This document shows, piece by piece, positions 39,878-48,835 of a stretch of 64,000 nucleotides of DNA. The DNA comes from Candidatus Saccharimonadales bacterium (GTDB lineage: Bacteria; Patescibacteriota; Saccharimonadia; UBA4664; DATIHN01). The stretch is taken from contig DATIHN010000019.1 in NCBI GenBank assembly GCA_035480635.1, forward strand, positions 16,260 to 80,259. The letters run 5' to 3'. Position numbers and translations under genes: made by a program. The first letter of the stretch is position 1, and every line of letters starts with the position of its first letter. The notes below the pieces were generated by a model. The model was not told where the DNA came from. It made no database searches and was given only the letters and a program-made list of their open reading frames with translations.

Positions 39878-39955
39878 GGGGCGAGTGATGGGGCTCGAAC
39901 CCACGACCTACTGGACCACAACCAGTCGCTCTAACCTACTGAGCTACACCCGCCG
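39878..39955 (-). tRNA. tRNA-His (anticodon GTG) with encoded G-1 and CCA
   Basis: Reverse-complement: G-1, acceptor GCGGGTG/CACTCGC, anticodon loop TTGTGGT, T-loop TTCGAGC, 3' C-CCA. Confidence 0.8.
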
Positions 39956-40105
39956 CACGAAAACAAATTATAACAGAAATTATGGCGGATGGCGAATAAT
40001 ATATGAGGTTAAATGCTTGACAAATTGTATATATAATCCTATGATTCGCCAATCACCACTCGGTGAGGAAATCGTGGGGTACTCGACAAGTAGAGGGGGT
40101 CAGCT

Positions 40106-40459
40106 ATGAATCAAAAAGCGCGGCTGGCTTCGTACATCGAGGCCGCCATCATCATGACGAACATCGTCGATCCGGTGGGTGAGTGCGGCAGCTGTGGCGA
40201 AAGGGTTGATGCTTGGATGCGCCAACACGTCAACTTGTACGGACAGCCGATTCCAACGATTTGCGTGGTCGAGTTCAAGTACTTGGCAGCATTCTTTGGT
40301 CCTGGTGTTCTGGAGGGAAGCAAGGAAGCCGCCAGAACTCTCAGCTGCACCTATGGCTTGCCCTTTGTTGGCTGGGTTACTGGGAACGTCCCGAATCGAC
40401 GTGGTTCGCCACATTGTCGACAGATCTACAGGCCGTGGGGTCCAGCTGAATGGGACTAG
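40106..40459 (+). CDS. Hypothetical Cys-containing protein (117 aa), GC-rich orphan
   Basis: GAGGGGG RBS 7 nt upstream, and its own strong terminator at 40468-40506. Confidence 0.4.
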   Translation: MNQKARLASYIEAAIIMTNIVDPVGECGSCGERVDAWMRQHVNLYGQPIPTICVVEFKYLAAFFGPGVLEGSKEAARTLSCTYGLPFVGWVTGNVPNRRGSPHCRQIYRPWGPAEWD

Positions 40460-40467
40460 GCCCCAAC

Positions 40468-40506
40468 TGTGCGCAGCCGCTAACGTGGCTGCGCACAAAC
40501 TTTTTT
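40468..40506. terminator. Rho-independent terminator (11-bp stem TGTGCGCAGCC / GGCTGCGCACA, then TTTTTT)
   Basis: Read directly. Also lies at the convergent end of the NDH-2 gene. Confidence 0.65.
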
Positions 40507-41677
40507 AAATCGCTTGAGCACAAATTGGGCAGACCTCGGTTTCTTCAAAACCGGATTCCCAAGTCCGAAAAGCTTTGCCCATCGGCATGAATTGCAAAAA
40601 TAGTCTAAGATCGGCTAATCGCCGTAAAACCCACCCTAGGTAACCGTAGATGCTGAGTTTACCCCATTGAACAGCCGCCCAATTTGGCCCGACCGGTATG
40701 GCGCTGATCGGTTTTTTGGCTTGGTAAGGCTGCGTATGGCCCTTAGTTATGAGTTCGGTCACATAATTGGCATCGTGGAGGGCAGTTTGGGCTATCCCGC
40801 AGTAGGGCGTATCGGCGTTATCGCCGATGACGTAAACGTGGGGCAGCGCCATCAAATGCTCATCGACTGCCACCCGCCCACCCTTACCAAATTTAAAGGT
40901 TTGGCCTTGAGAAGCGAAAAACGGATTATTAGTAACACCGGCTGTCCAAGCCACGATGTGCGAGCTGATGTGCCCGCGGGGCAAGTCGAGTTGATCAACT
41001 TCCTCGCTCATGACCCGAGTATTTAGATGTACGTCGATTCCCAAGTGTTTCAAGTGGGCACTTACTCGGCGGGCATAGGCTTCGGGTAATGCCGGCAACA
41101 GTCTGGGGCCAGCTTCAATCACATCGATGGCATAGGCTTTGTTTAAGTGATGGGACTTGCGAATATGCTTGATGTAGGCCGAGAGTTCACCAGCCAGTTC
41201 AACCCCCGTCGGTCCGCCGCCGATAACAACATAATTATGCTCGGCCCTTTGGCCACTGACTAAATCTTCATGAAGCTTGCGTTTAAATTCTAAGGCCTCT
41301 TGAATACTCTTAATGCCGTATGAATATTCAGCTAAACCTTTGATACCCATATAGTTAGTTACGCTACCCAGAGCCAAAATCATCTCATCGTAGGGGTAGA
41401 CCGAACCACTGGCGCCGATAACTTTTTGGCCCGAAATATCTAGTTCAGTGACCTCATCACAAACTACCTCGATGTTTTGGTCTGACTCAAAAAAGTCGGC
41501 TAGAGAAATAGCTGATTCAAACGGCGATCGGCCGGTGGCTGCGCGATACAGAGCCGGGTGGTATTCGAAGTAGTTGTTTTTAGAGATTAACTTAACGCTG
41601 TAGTCGGCCTGGCCAGCCAGATTAATAGCGGCCCGCACACCCCCAAAGCCACCCCCAACAATTACGATCCGCTTCAC
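40505..41677 (-). CDS. ndh: Type II NADH dehydrogenase (NDH-2) / FAD-dependent pyridine nucleotide-disulfide oxidoreductase
   Basis: 'KRIVIVGGGFGGV' and a second dinucleotide fold 'NYVVIGGGPTGVELAGEL'. Confidence 0.8.
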   Translation of the reverse strand: MKRIVIVGGGFGGVRAAINLAGQADYSVKLISKNNYFEYHPALYRAATGRSPFESAISLADFFESDQNIEVVCDEVTELDISGQKVIGASGSVYPYDEMILALGSVTNYMGIKGLAEYSYGIKSIQEALEFKRKLHEDLVSGQRAEHNYVVIGGGPTGVELAGELSAYIKHIRKSHHLNKAYAIDVIEAGPRLLPALPEAYARRVSAHLKHLGIDVHLNTRVMSEEVDQLDLPRGHISSHIVAWTAGVTNNPFFASQGQTFKFGKGGRVAVDEHLMALPHVYVIGDNADTPYCGIAQTALHDANYVTELITKGHTQPYQAKKPISAIPVGPNWAAVQWGKLSIYGYLGWVLRRLADLRLFLQFMPMGKAFRTWESGFEETEVCPICAQAI

Positions 41678-42210
41678 GCTCTGGCTTTAACGAAGGCCAG
41701 CAATGCCAGTAGCAGCATGACGCCGGCTCCAATCAAAGCCACACAGGCGGCATAGGCCGAAACCATTCCAAAGACGGAGAAGGCATAGGCTGTTAGTAAG
41801 CTGGAGCGGAGCATATCACCTTGGAAGAGGACGTTTTTTAAGGCAGCCAGTTTGGCATCGGTCGGGGCGGCTTGAGCGGCCGAGGAAACCTCGGCATAGG
41901 TTTTACCGCCGCTAGCTTTCATCATGTGTTCCCAAATGAATTCATCGGCGTAGGCTTTGGCCTTGGGTCCGGTATCAACGGCCTGGCCACCGTAGCGTTG
42001 CAAACCAGGGAATTCACTGGCACTTAAACCGGCACTGCCTGCCGCTGGGAAGGTAATTTTTTCTTGGACCAACTGTGAGCGGACTCTGGAAGTAGCGAAG
42101 TTATAACCCAAGCGAGCGAATCCGGCGCCAACCACCAACACCAGAGCTAAGACAACCCCGATTGAACCAAGGACGCTATAAAACTCTTTTTGCGAAATAT
42201 TTTTTGCCAT
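41674..42210 (-). CDS. Hypothetical membrane protein (2 TM)
   Basis: ATGA-coupled to the ndh gene. Confidence 0.4.
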   Translation of the reverse strand: MAKNISQKEFYSVLGSIGVVLALVLVVGAGFARLGYNFATSRVRSQLVQEKITFPAAGSAGLSASEFPGLQRYGGQAVDTGPKAKAYADEFIWEHMMKASGGKTYAEVSSAAQAAPTDAKLAALKNVLFQGDMLRSSLLTAYAFSVFGMVSAYAACVALIGAGVMLLLALLAFVKARA

Positions 42211-42255
42211 GACTAAGCCTTTTGATTAAATCCTAACATCATTTTAACATAAGCT

Positions 42256-45200
42256 CTATCCGCTAGTTCCCCATTTGGCTGCCAGTATCGAAAGATCGAG
42301 AATATTCACAACGCCATCACCGTTCAAATCGCCTTGAGCAGCAGTCGCACCAGTCCGGCCATAATTCGCCGCAAAGATCGAAAGATCAAGAATGTTTACA
42401 ATACCGTCATGATTAATGTCAGCCGGACCACCCCCGCCCCCGCTAGAGGTAAAGTTGGGACCTTTGGCGTTGCCGGTGTTGAGGTAATCGTGACCAAACA
42501 TGTTCCAAGAGTTGCTGGTGCTCGATACACCAGGAATCTCCCACATGAATAGATGCAAATTCCTGGGCACTCCATACCCATCAGGCTGCCAGTCGCCGAC
42601 GCCTAACTCTACTTTGCCGTTGTTATCCAGGTCGTTGACTGCTAACGGCGCTTCAAAGTCGTTAATGATGGCACCATTGGCGGAATCAATAAAGGATCGC
42701 TGCCATAGGACGCTCGATAAATCACCGACATTGATAATGCCTTGGTAAGGTGCAGCAAAGACCACCTTACCACTAGTACCAACACCAGCCACCGAGACGT
42801 TAGGTCTGGATTGTAGATCCGTGGTGATGGGGTAGAGTTGTCCGGCACCATTAATGATACTGACATTGCGCAAGCCAACTGCTACATCGTCCTTACCGTC
42901 GCCATTATAGTCAAAGACGATCGGAGAGGTTTGGACAGGCTGGGATTGATTGATGAGGTTGTGGTTAATTGCAAGGGCTGGCGGCCAACCAGGTATCAAA
43001 GTACCGTCTTTTTTAACAGCGTAAACCGCAGCCAAATAAGTACTGTTGGAATTTGATTGGCCGACCGCAACCACATCTTTTACACCATCACTATTTAAAT
43101 CACCGATTGCGACTGCGGAGTAAAACTGCATGGCTTGGCCGTTAAACAGCGGCGGGGTAAAAGGCCAACCGGGTAGTACAGTGCCAGTATTATCAAAGGC
43201 ATATAACTGGCCTTTGAAGCCAAAGATTATTTCGGGCTTACCATCACCATCCAGGTCAACCACTGTTGGCCGGGGCGAACTGATGGGAACGTCGGGAGTA
43301 CTAAATGGCAGAACCTTGGGGAACCCAGGAGCGGAAGTGCCATCAAGGTGCTTGGCGTAGATATAGTTGTAACCGTCAAGAGTTGTGAAAGAGATGAGTT
43401 CCTTTTTACCGTCACCATCAAGATCTGCCACCACTGGCGTCATATCGCTAAGATCAGCATCGGCAATCCTAACGTAAGGCGTAAAACCAGGATAGGCCGT
43501 GCCGTCATTTTTATAGACTCGGGTCACAGCGCAGGGGTAGCAAATGTCTTGATCGAAGTTGGTTTCAGTGGTAATTATTTCTGGTTTGCCATCACCATCG
43601 ATATCAACAATTGACGGCGCTTGGGTAGTATAATTGTAGTCCGGTCCGATAGTTATCGGGAACCCGGGCAAGCTGGTGCCATCACGGTGAAAGGCGTAAA
43701 GTTTATTACTCGAACTGGTAACAACTACATCCAGCACCCCATCGCCATCGACATCACTATAAGTAACAGTCGAAATACAGTTGGCACAGTCGGGCGATGC
43801 CGGCAGCGCTTTGGGCCAACCGACAACCACATCATTATCGGTGTCCAGTTGGCTGACTGTACTGGTTGTAGCTCCGTTGCTAGCATTAACAGTTAGCCTG
43901 AGCAGATATTTTTGCCCTAGCACAAGCGTCGAGGTATTCCAGGTCCCGAGCTGGCCATTGGTAACAGCTAGGGTACCACTATTGGTTAAAGTAATGCCGC
44001 TAATGGACCAGGCAGTTGGATTGCTAACTGGAGCCCATTCGAGTTTATAGTTGGCAAATTGCAAACCGTTTTTGGTTACAGCCGTACCGGTTATTGGCGC
44101 CACCGTGGCTGGTTTTACCAAGGTAAAGGGCGAATCAATCGCAATATCAAAGTTATCAATCGTGACATCAAAAATTTGGGCATAATCAATTTTGCCAGCC
44201 GAGTTTGTGGCTGCCAGTCGAAAAGTATAGGCGCCATCTGGTATATGGGTACTATCAAAAGTGGCTAGCGTGGTTGTAGCGGTCGGCTGGGTAGTCGAGG
44301 TCACAAGCGTAGACCAGGAGGATGGTTCACGACCTAAGCCGTATTCGATTTTGTAGTTACTAAAGCCGCTACCCCCGACAGATCCTGTGATGGTGGCAGC
44401 GCTGCCAAAAATAGTGGCCCGGCTAGAAGGGGTGGCAATAATCGGAGTCAGTGGGTGGGTGGTTGCCAGCGCCATGGAGCCGGCGGCGTTAATGCGGCCA
44501 TAACCGAACGAATCATCCTTGCCCGCCGTGCCGATGTCGTCAGCCCCCTGGCGGATAATTTGCTTAAGTTCATCAACATTTAGAGCCGGATTCTTAGCTA
44601 GCAGCAGGGCTGCTTGTCCTGCCACGTGGGGTGAGGCCATGGAAGTACCACGAGCAATGGCGTAATTACCGCTAGGGTCACTGGCTAGTGGCGGGAAAAC
44701 GCTACCAGACTGAGACGATCGCGTGGACAATATAAAGTCATCGGTGCCGCCCCAGGCCGCCGCATCACCACCTGGGGCTGCCACGTCGATCTTGGCTCCC
44801 TTGTTGGAAAAACCAGCCTTTTGGTCGTTGGCACCACTGGCGGCTACGGCTACAGCATAATCGGCGCTGGCTGGGTTAAAGTCCAGTGAATCGGTGTTGG
44901 AGTTGCCAGCAGCCGCTACGAACAAAGTGCCTTTGTCGTGTTCGTACTTGACGGCATCGTCCATCATTTGGGAGGTGCCACCACCACCGTAGCTATTGTT
45001 GGTCACGCGGGCGCCCATGTCGGCCGCATACTGGATACCCGTTGCAATCACGTCAGCATAACCACTCCCAGTTGCATCAAGAATTTTAACGGCCATGATT
45101 TTGCTTCTCCAGTTGACGCCGACGACGCCAATACCGTTGTTACCAGCAGCACCAATGGTGCCGGCCGTGTGGGTGCCGTGGCCGTGGTCGTCCATGGGGT

Positions 45201-46014
45201 CGCCATCGTTATTAATAAAGTCCCAGCCGTAATAATCGTCAACATAGCCGTTACCATCGTCATCAATGCCGTTACCAGGGATTTCGGCGGTATTAACCCA
45301 CATATTGCTAGCCAAGTCGGGGTTATTGCGATCCACACCAGTATCAATGCTGGCCACCACGATGCCAGTTGAGCCAGTGGTTTGGTCCCAGGCGCTAGCG
45401 GCATTAATTTTCTTAAGCCCCCATAAATCACTGGGCGTGCCCCATAAACTACTGGAACTGTAATAGGGATCGTTGGGGATTAGTTGGGCGTGATTAACAA
45501 AATTGGGTTCAGCTACCTCAATTGCGCCACTGGCCTCAAGCTGCTTTTTGGCAATTACAAACCTTTGCTTGCCCCGGTCCTTACTGTTACCGCCGGCATT
45601 ATAGGTCCGGCCAGGGCTAGTTGGATCGCTGGCTAGAGTAATTTTATACCAACGAAATAATGGACTAGCCGGATTGGAGTTTTTAGAGGGGCTAGCCACT
45701 CGGCTAAATTTGGTGGCCTTTAGTTTCCGATTGACGGCGTTCAAACCAGCGTTGCCGGTGTCATTGGGATTGCCAGTATGTTTGGCTCTGGCTGCCGCGG
45801 CTGGGGTAAGTCGCACCAAGACCTCATTACTGGCGGCATCAACTTCGGCACCACTAGTGGCTGCCGGTGGTCCGGGGCGCCCACTACCGCGCGAAAACAA
45901 GACCCAAAAAATTCCACCAACCGCTAAAATGCCCGCAATAACAAAGACAGTCGATCGGGAAAACTTTGGTCTACGGAGCTTGTTTACCAATTTAATAAGT
46001 TTTTTCCGCCTCAT
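42256..46014 (-). CDS. Subtilisin-like serine protease (S8) with multiple FG-GAP/VCBS propeller repeats and a C-terminal dockerin domain
   Basis: N-terminal TM/signal. Catalytic triad 'DTGVD', 'HGTHTAG', 'GTSMASPHVAG'. Seven or more 'D(x)DGDGK(x)(D/E)' FG-GAP repeats. C-terminal 'DINHDGIVNILDLS...DLNGDGVVNILDLS' dockerin repeats. Confidence 0.8.
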   Translation of the reverse strand: MRRKKLIKLVNKLRRPKFSRSTVFVIAGILAVGGIFWVLFSRGSGRPGPPAATSGAEVDAASNEVLVRLTPAAAARAKHTGNPNDTGNAGLNAVNRKLKATKFSRVASPSKNSNPASPLFRWYKITLASDPTSPGRTYNAGGNSKDRGKQRFVIAKKQLEASGAIEVAEPNFVNHAQLIPNDPYYSSSSLWGTPSDLWGLKKINAASAWDQTTGSTGIVVASIDTGVDRNNPDLASNMWVNTAEIPGNGIDDDGNGYVDDYYGWDFINNDGDPMDDHGHGTHTAGTIGAAGNNGIGVVGVNWRSKIMAVKILDATGSGYADVIATGIQYAADMGARVTNNSYGGGGTSQMMDDAVKYEHDKGTLFVAAAGNSNTDSLDFNPASADYAVAVAASGANDQKAGFSNKGAKIDVAAPGGDAAAWGGTDDFILSTRSSQSGSVFPPLASDPSGNYAIARGTSMASPHVAGQAALLLAKNPALNVDELKQIIRQGADDIGTAGKDDSFGYGRINAAGSMALATTHPLTPIIATPSSRATIFGSAATITGSVGGSGFSNYKIEYGLGREPSSWSTLVTSTTQPTATTTLATFDSTHIPDGAYTFRLAATNSAGKIDYAQIFDVTIDNFDIAIDSPFTLVKPATVAPITGTAVTKNGLQFANYKLEWAPVSNPTAWSISGITLTNSGTLAVTNGQLGTWNTSTLVLGQKYLLRLTVNASNGATTSTVSQLDTDNDVVVGWPKALPASPDCANCISTVTYSDVDGDGVLDVVVTSSSNKLYAFHRDGTSLPGFPITIGPDYNYTTQAPSIVDIDGDGKPEIITTETNFDQDICYPCAVTRVYKNDGTAYPGFTPYVRIADADLSDMTPVVADLDGDGKKELISFTTLDGYNYIYAKHLDGTSAPGFPKVLPFSTPDVPISSPRPTVVDLDGDGKPEIIFGFKGQLYAFDNTGTVLPGWPFTPPLFNGQAMQFYSAVAIGDLNSDGVKDVVAVGQSNSNSTYLAAVYAVKKDGTLIPGWPPALAINHNLINQSQPVQTSPIVFDYNGDGKDDVAVGLRNVSIINGAGQLYPITTDLQSRPNVSVAGVGTSGKVVFAAPYQGIINVGDLSSVLWQRSFIDSANGAIINDFEAPLAVNDLDNNGKVELGVGDWQPDGYGVPRNLHLFMWEIPGVSSTSNSWNMFGHDYLNTGNAKGPNFTSSGGGGGPADINHDGIVNILDLSIFAANYGRTGATAAQGDLNGDGVVNILDLSILAAKWGTSG

Positions 46015-46075
46015 AAAGCTTGCGCTTATATTATGGGTACATAATCAGGTTCGGTCAATCTGTGGCTTGGGTTGG

Positions 46076-47731
46076 CTAAAATCCGTGGCGAATGTGGGCT
46101 AGGGAATAATCCCACTTGGCATCAACTTTTTTGTGGGGATTGAAGATATCGTCGGGATCAAAGATTTTTTTTGCCTCGCGGAAGATATTCATCATCTCGG
46201 GACCATACATTTCTTCCAAGAATGGTCCTCGAACCAGGCCATCGTTGTGCTCGCCCGACAGGGATCCACCGAAACCTAGCACCAAATGATTAACTTGTTT
46301 CATTAACTCCGGAATTTTAGCCCGCTCGCGAGGATCGGCTAGGTCCATTAGCGGGATTATGTGAAAGTTGCCGTCACCAACATGGCCGGCGATGGTGTAG
46401 ACGATGTCGGCAGCATCAAGCAGTTTTTGAAGTTTAGGTAAAAACTCTGGTAATTTGGCTGGCGGCACCACTAAATCATCGATGAAGGGCGCGGTGTGCT
46501 TGTCTTTGACGTTATGGCGCAATAAGTTGAAACTTTCTCGCCTAATTAGCCAGTAACGCTTGGCTTTGCCGGCCGTTTCGGCTCGCTCGGTTAAGACATT
46601 TAATTCGGCTTGATGTAAGCGTTGTTCCAGATCAACCACTTTGGCCCGAACTTCATCTTCGCTATCGCCTTCGAACTCGGCTAACGCTACCAACTTAGGT
46701 ATTCCTCGTCGCAGCATCCACAGATCCGGGATAAATTGGAATGCCAGCTTGATGGTGGCGGCAATTCCCAGGATTTTCCAAAAGCTGAAAAAGAACCGGA
46801 TGGCTAGTATCAAAGAATGATCATCAAAGACTTCGAAACTATCGGGTTTGGTTGGAAGCGTGGTGGTAATTAATGAACCCAGTGGTTCTAGATCTTTCAA
46901 ATAAATAATCAACATGCCGCTGAAAGGTTTGGCCTCAACCAGGCCAAATTCAATTTCGGTAATTAGACCCAAAGTTCCTTGCGAGCCTACAAACAGTTTA
47001 GACAGATCAAAAGTCTCTTTATCCCAAACATCCCAGAGGTTGTAGCCGGTCGAATTTTTACTAACTTTAGGTTTGGCAGCCTTAATTTGATCGTAATTTT
47101 TTTCAATTAGTTTATAAACCTTGTGGTAAACTTCACCTTCGAAATCACGCTGTTGGAGCTTTTGATTTAGCTCCGCTTGATTCAGGGGCTTCAGAGTGTA
47201 GGACTGACCATCAGACAATATGACTTTAAGTCGACGTATATAATCAATAGTTTTGCCATAACGTAAAGTCTTTTCGCCGCCGGCATTATTAGCCGCCATA
47301 CCGCCAACTGTGCAAATTTCGCGGCTGGCTGGGTAGGATGGCATCAGCAGACCGTGGGCCAGAGTGCGTTTTTCGAACTTGCGATAAAAAACACCTGGTT
47401 GGGTCGAGATGTGATGACCGTCAATTTTGCCCAGGTGGTGCATGTATTTGTTGACGTCCAATATAATCGAATCATTGATGGCGCCACCACTCATATCGGT
47501 GCCGCCGCTGCGGGCCGTGATTGATAAAAAGGGCAGATCGGCCTTGCGTTGCCGAACAAAATTCACGACCTTCGAGATATCATGTTCGTTTTTGGGGAAA
47601 ACGACTAACTGCGGTCGAAGTTCAAACATACTGGCATCATGAGAGTACTTTTTCAAAGTCCGAGCCGAAGATGATACCTTTCCTTGTTTTCGGCCCCGCA
47701 GTTCTCGTTGTAATTCTTTGGTCCACCTCAT
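46076..47731 (-). CDS. FAD-linked oxidase (PCMH-type FAD-binding, GlcD/D-lactate dehydrogenase-like)
   Basis: 'TARSGGTDMSGGA' FAD-binding motif. 551 aa. Confidence 0.7.
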   Translation of the reverse strand: MRWTKELQRELRGRKQGKVSSSARTLKKYSHDASMFELRPQLVVFPKNEHDISKVVNFVRQRKADLPFLSITARSGGTDMSGGAINDSIILDVNKYMHHLGKIDGHHISTQPGVFYRKFEKRTLAHGLLMPSYPASREICTVGGMAANNAGGEKTLRYGKTIDYIRRLKVILSDGQSYTLKPLNQAELNQKLQQRDFEGEVYHKVYKLIEKNYDQIKAAKPKVSKNSTGYNLWDVWDKETFDLSKLFVGSQGTLGLITEIEFGLVEAKPFSGMLIIYLKDLEPLGSLITTTLPTKPDSFEVFDDHSLILAIRFFFSFWKILGIAATIKLAFQFIPDLWMLRRGIPKLVALAEFEGDSEDEVRAKVVDLEQRLHQAELNVLTERAETAGKAKRYWLIRRESFNLLRHNVKDKHTAPFIDDLVVPPAKLPEFLPKLQKLLDAADIVYTIAGHVGDGNFHIIPLMDLADPRERAKIPELMKQVNHLVLGFGGSLSGEHNDGLVRGPFLEEMYGPEMMNIFREAKKIFDPDDIFNPHKKVDAKWDYSLAHIRHGF

Positions 47732-48741
47732 TTGGCTGGCTCACCAAAATTCGGTGGTGGCACCACTAAGTAAGAAATTAAGAGCCCAAAAATAGCTGAA
47801 ACCACAATAGCACCGGTCCACATATGCACGCTCCACCAAACGGATTTGGTGGCAAAGATAACTATGAAGTAAGTTGCCGCAAAAACGGCGCCAAGAGTAG
47901 TCGCGTAGATTCGTAATCCTAAGATGCTGCGGCCGCTGCTTTGCCATCGTTCCAATAGAACATCGGCTGCTAGCCCAGTCAGTAAGGCTGCCGGTACCAC
48001 CTCAAAGCTACCTCGCATCAAGGCCAAAACCAAAGCGTTTAAAGTCAAAGCCACCGTAAACAAGCCAGAGCGAGCAATGCCGCGCCGCATTACTAGAAGG
48101 GCCAGCCCGACCAAAATTGAAACCTGCAACATAAAACCCAGAATACCTAGGGCCTGGCCTTGGTTAACATCCAACGGAGCCACGGTCAGAACCTGTTCGA
48201 CGTAGGGGTGAGCCCATTGGGTCACTAGCGTAAAAGCCGACAGCAGATAGGTAAAACCCAGGATGCCCGGCCAAGCACGAGCCTGTTCAACATCAAGTTC
48301 GATACCCCGGCGCCAAGCCGACATAAACGGGGCGCTAACCAATATGGTCAGGCCAATCATGATACCAATGTGGGTCGGGCTAAAGGCGGCTTCCAGCTGG
48401 TGTTCGATGCCAAAGAGGGTGTGCCAAATAGCATCGCCAGCTCCAGCGATTAAAAACAAAATCGTCGCCCAAAAGGCCGTTTGGTAGCCAGCTGGCATAC
48501 AGCGCTTAAAACTAAAACCAGCTCGGTGATTGCGCCAAGCGGTAAAAAAGACCAGGGCCGCTAAACCCATAAATCCGGAATAGAGAACCCCGTGCGGTAC
48601 GTTAATGAATGACTCTAGTTCGGGATGATGAGTGTGGCTCCAAGCATCAAAGTAGAGACCGCCCAAAAACCAGGCGCACAATAAGACATAAACCCCCTCA
48701 AAAAACGGCGTCACGGCTGGGACTTTAGAACTGGCGGCCAT
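47728..48741 (-). CDS. Hypothetical polytopic membrane protein co-transcribed with the FAD oxidase
   Basis: Eight or more TM helices. 4-nt overlap with the downstream gene. Confidence 0.45.
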   Translation of the reverse strand: MAASSKVPAVTPFFEGVYVLLCAWFLGGLYFDAWSHTHHPELESFINVPHGVLYSGFMGLAALVFFTAWRNHRAGFSFKRCMPAGYQTAFWATILFLIAGAGDAIWHTLFGIEHQLEAAFSPTHIGIMIGLTILVSAPFMSAWRRGIELDVEQARAWPGILGFTYLLSAFTLVTQWAHPYVEQVLTVAPLDVNQGQALGILGFMLQVSILVGLALLVMRRGIARSGLFTVALTLNALVLALMRGSFEVVPAALLTGLAADVLLERWQSSGRSILGLRIYATTLGAVFAATYFIVIFATKSVWWSVHMWTGAIVVSAIFGLLISYLVVPPPNFGEPAK

Positions 48742-48835
48742 TAAGCCATATTATAACACTAATGCTTAGCTCCAACTCTGGCCAAGGTGTTAGAATAGTG
48801 CTAAAGCTTTACAAATATGCAAAAGGAAGGTTAAT

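Noticed and set aside
40018-40040. TTGACA...TATAAT pair in the AT-rich spacer upstream of ORF 40106.
   Set aside because: Spacing between the hexamers is only about 9 nt, so it is not a functional sigma-70 geometry. No better-spaced pair was found by eye.
42334-45463. Numerous 60-145-aa ORFs on both strands inside the subtilase gene (e.g. 43348-43614, 44938-45372), and similar ones inside pilB, the RND transporter and the LTD gene.
   Set aside because: They are antisense or out-of-frame products of GC-rich coding sequence with no RBS. The long sense ORFs carry clear domain signatures.
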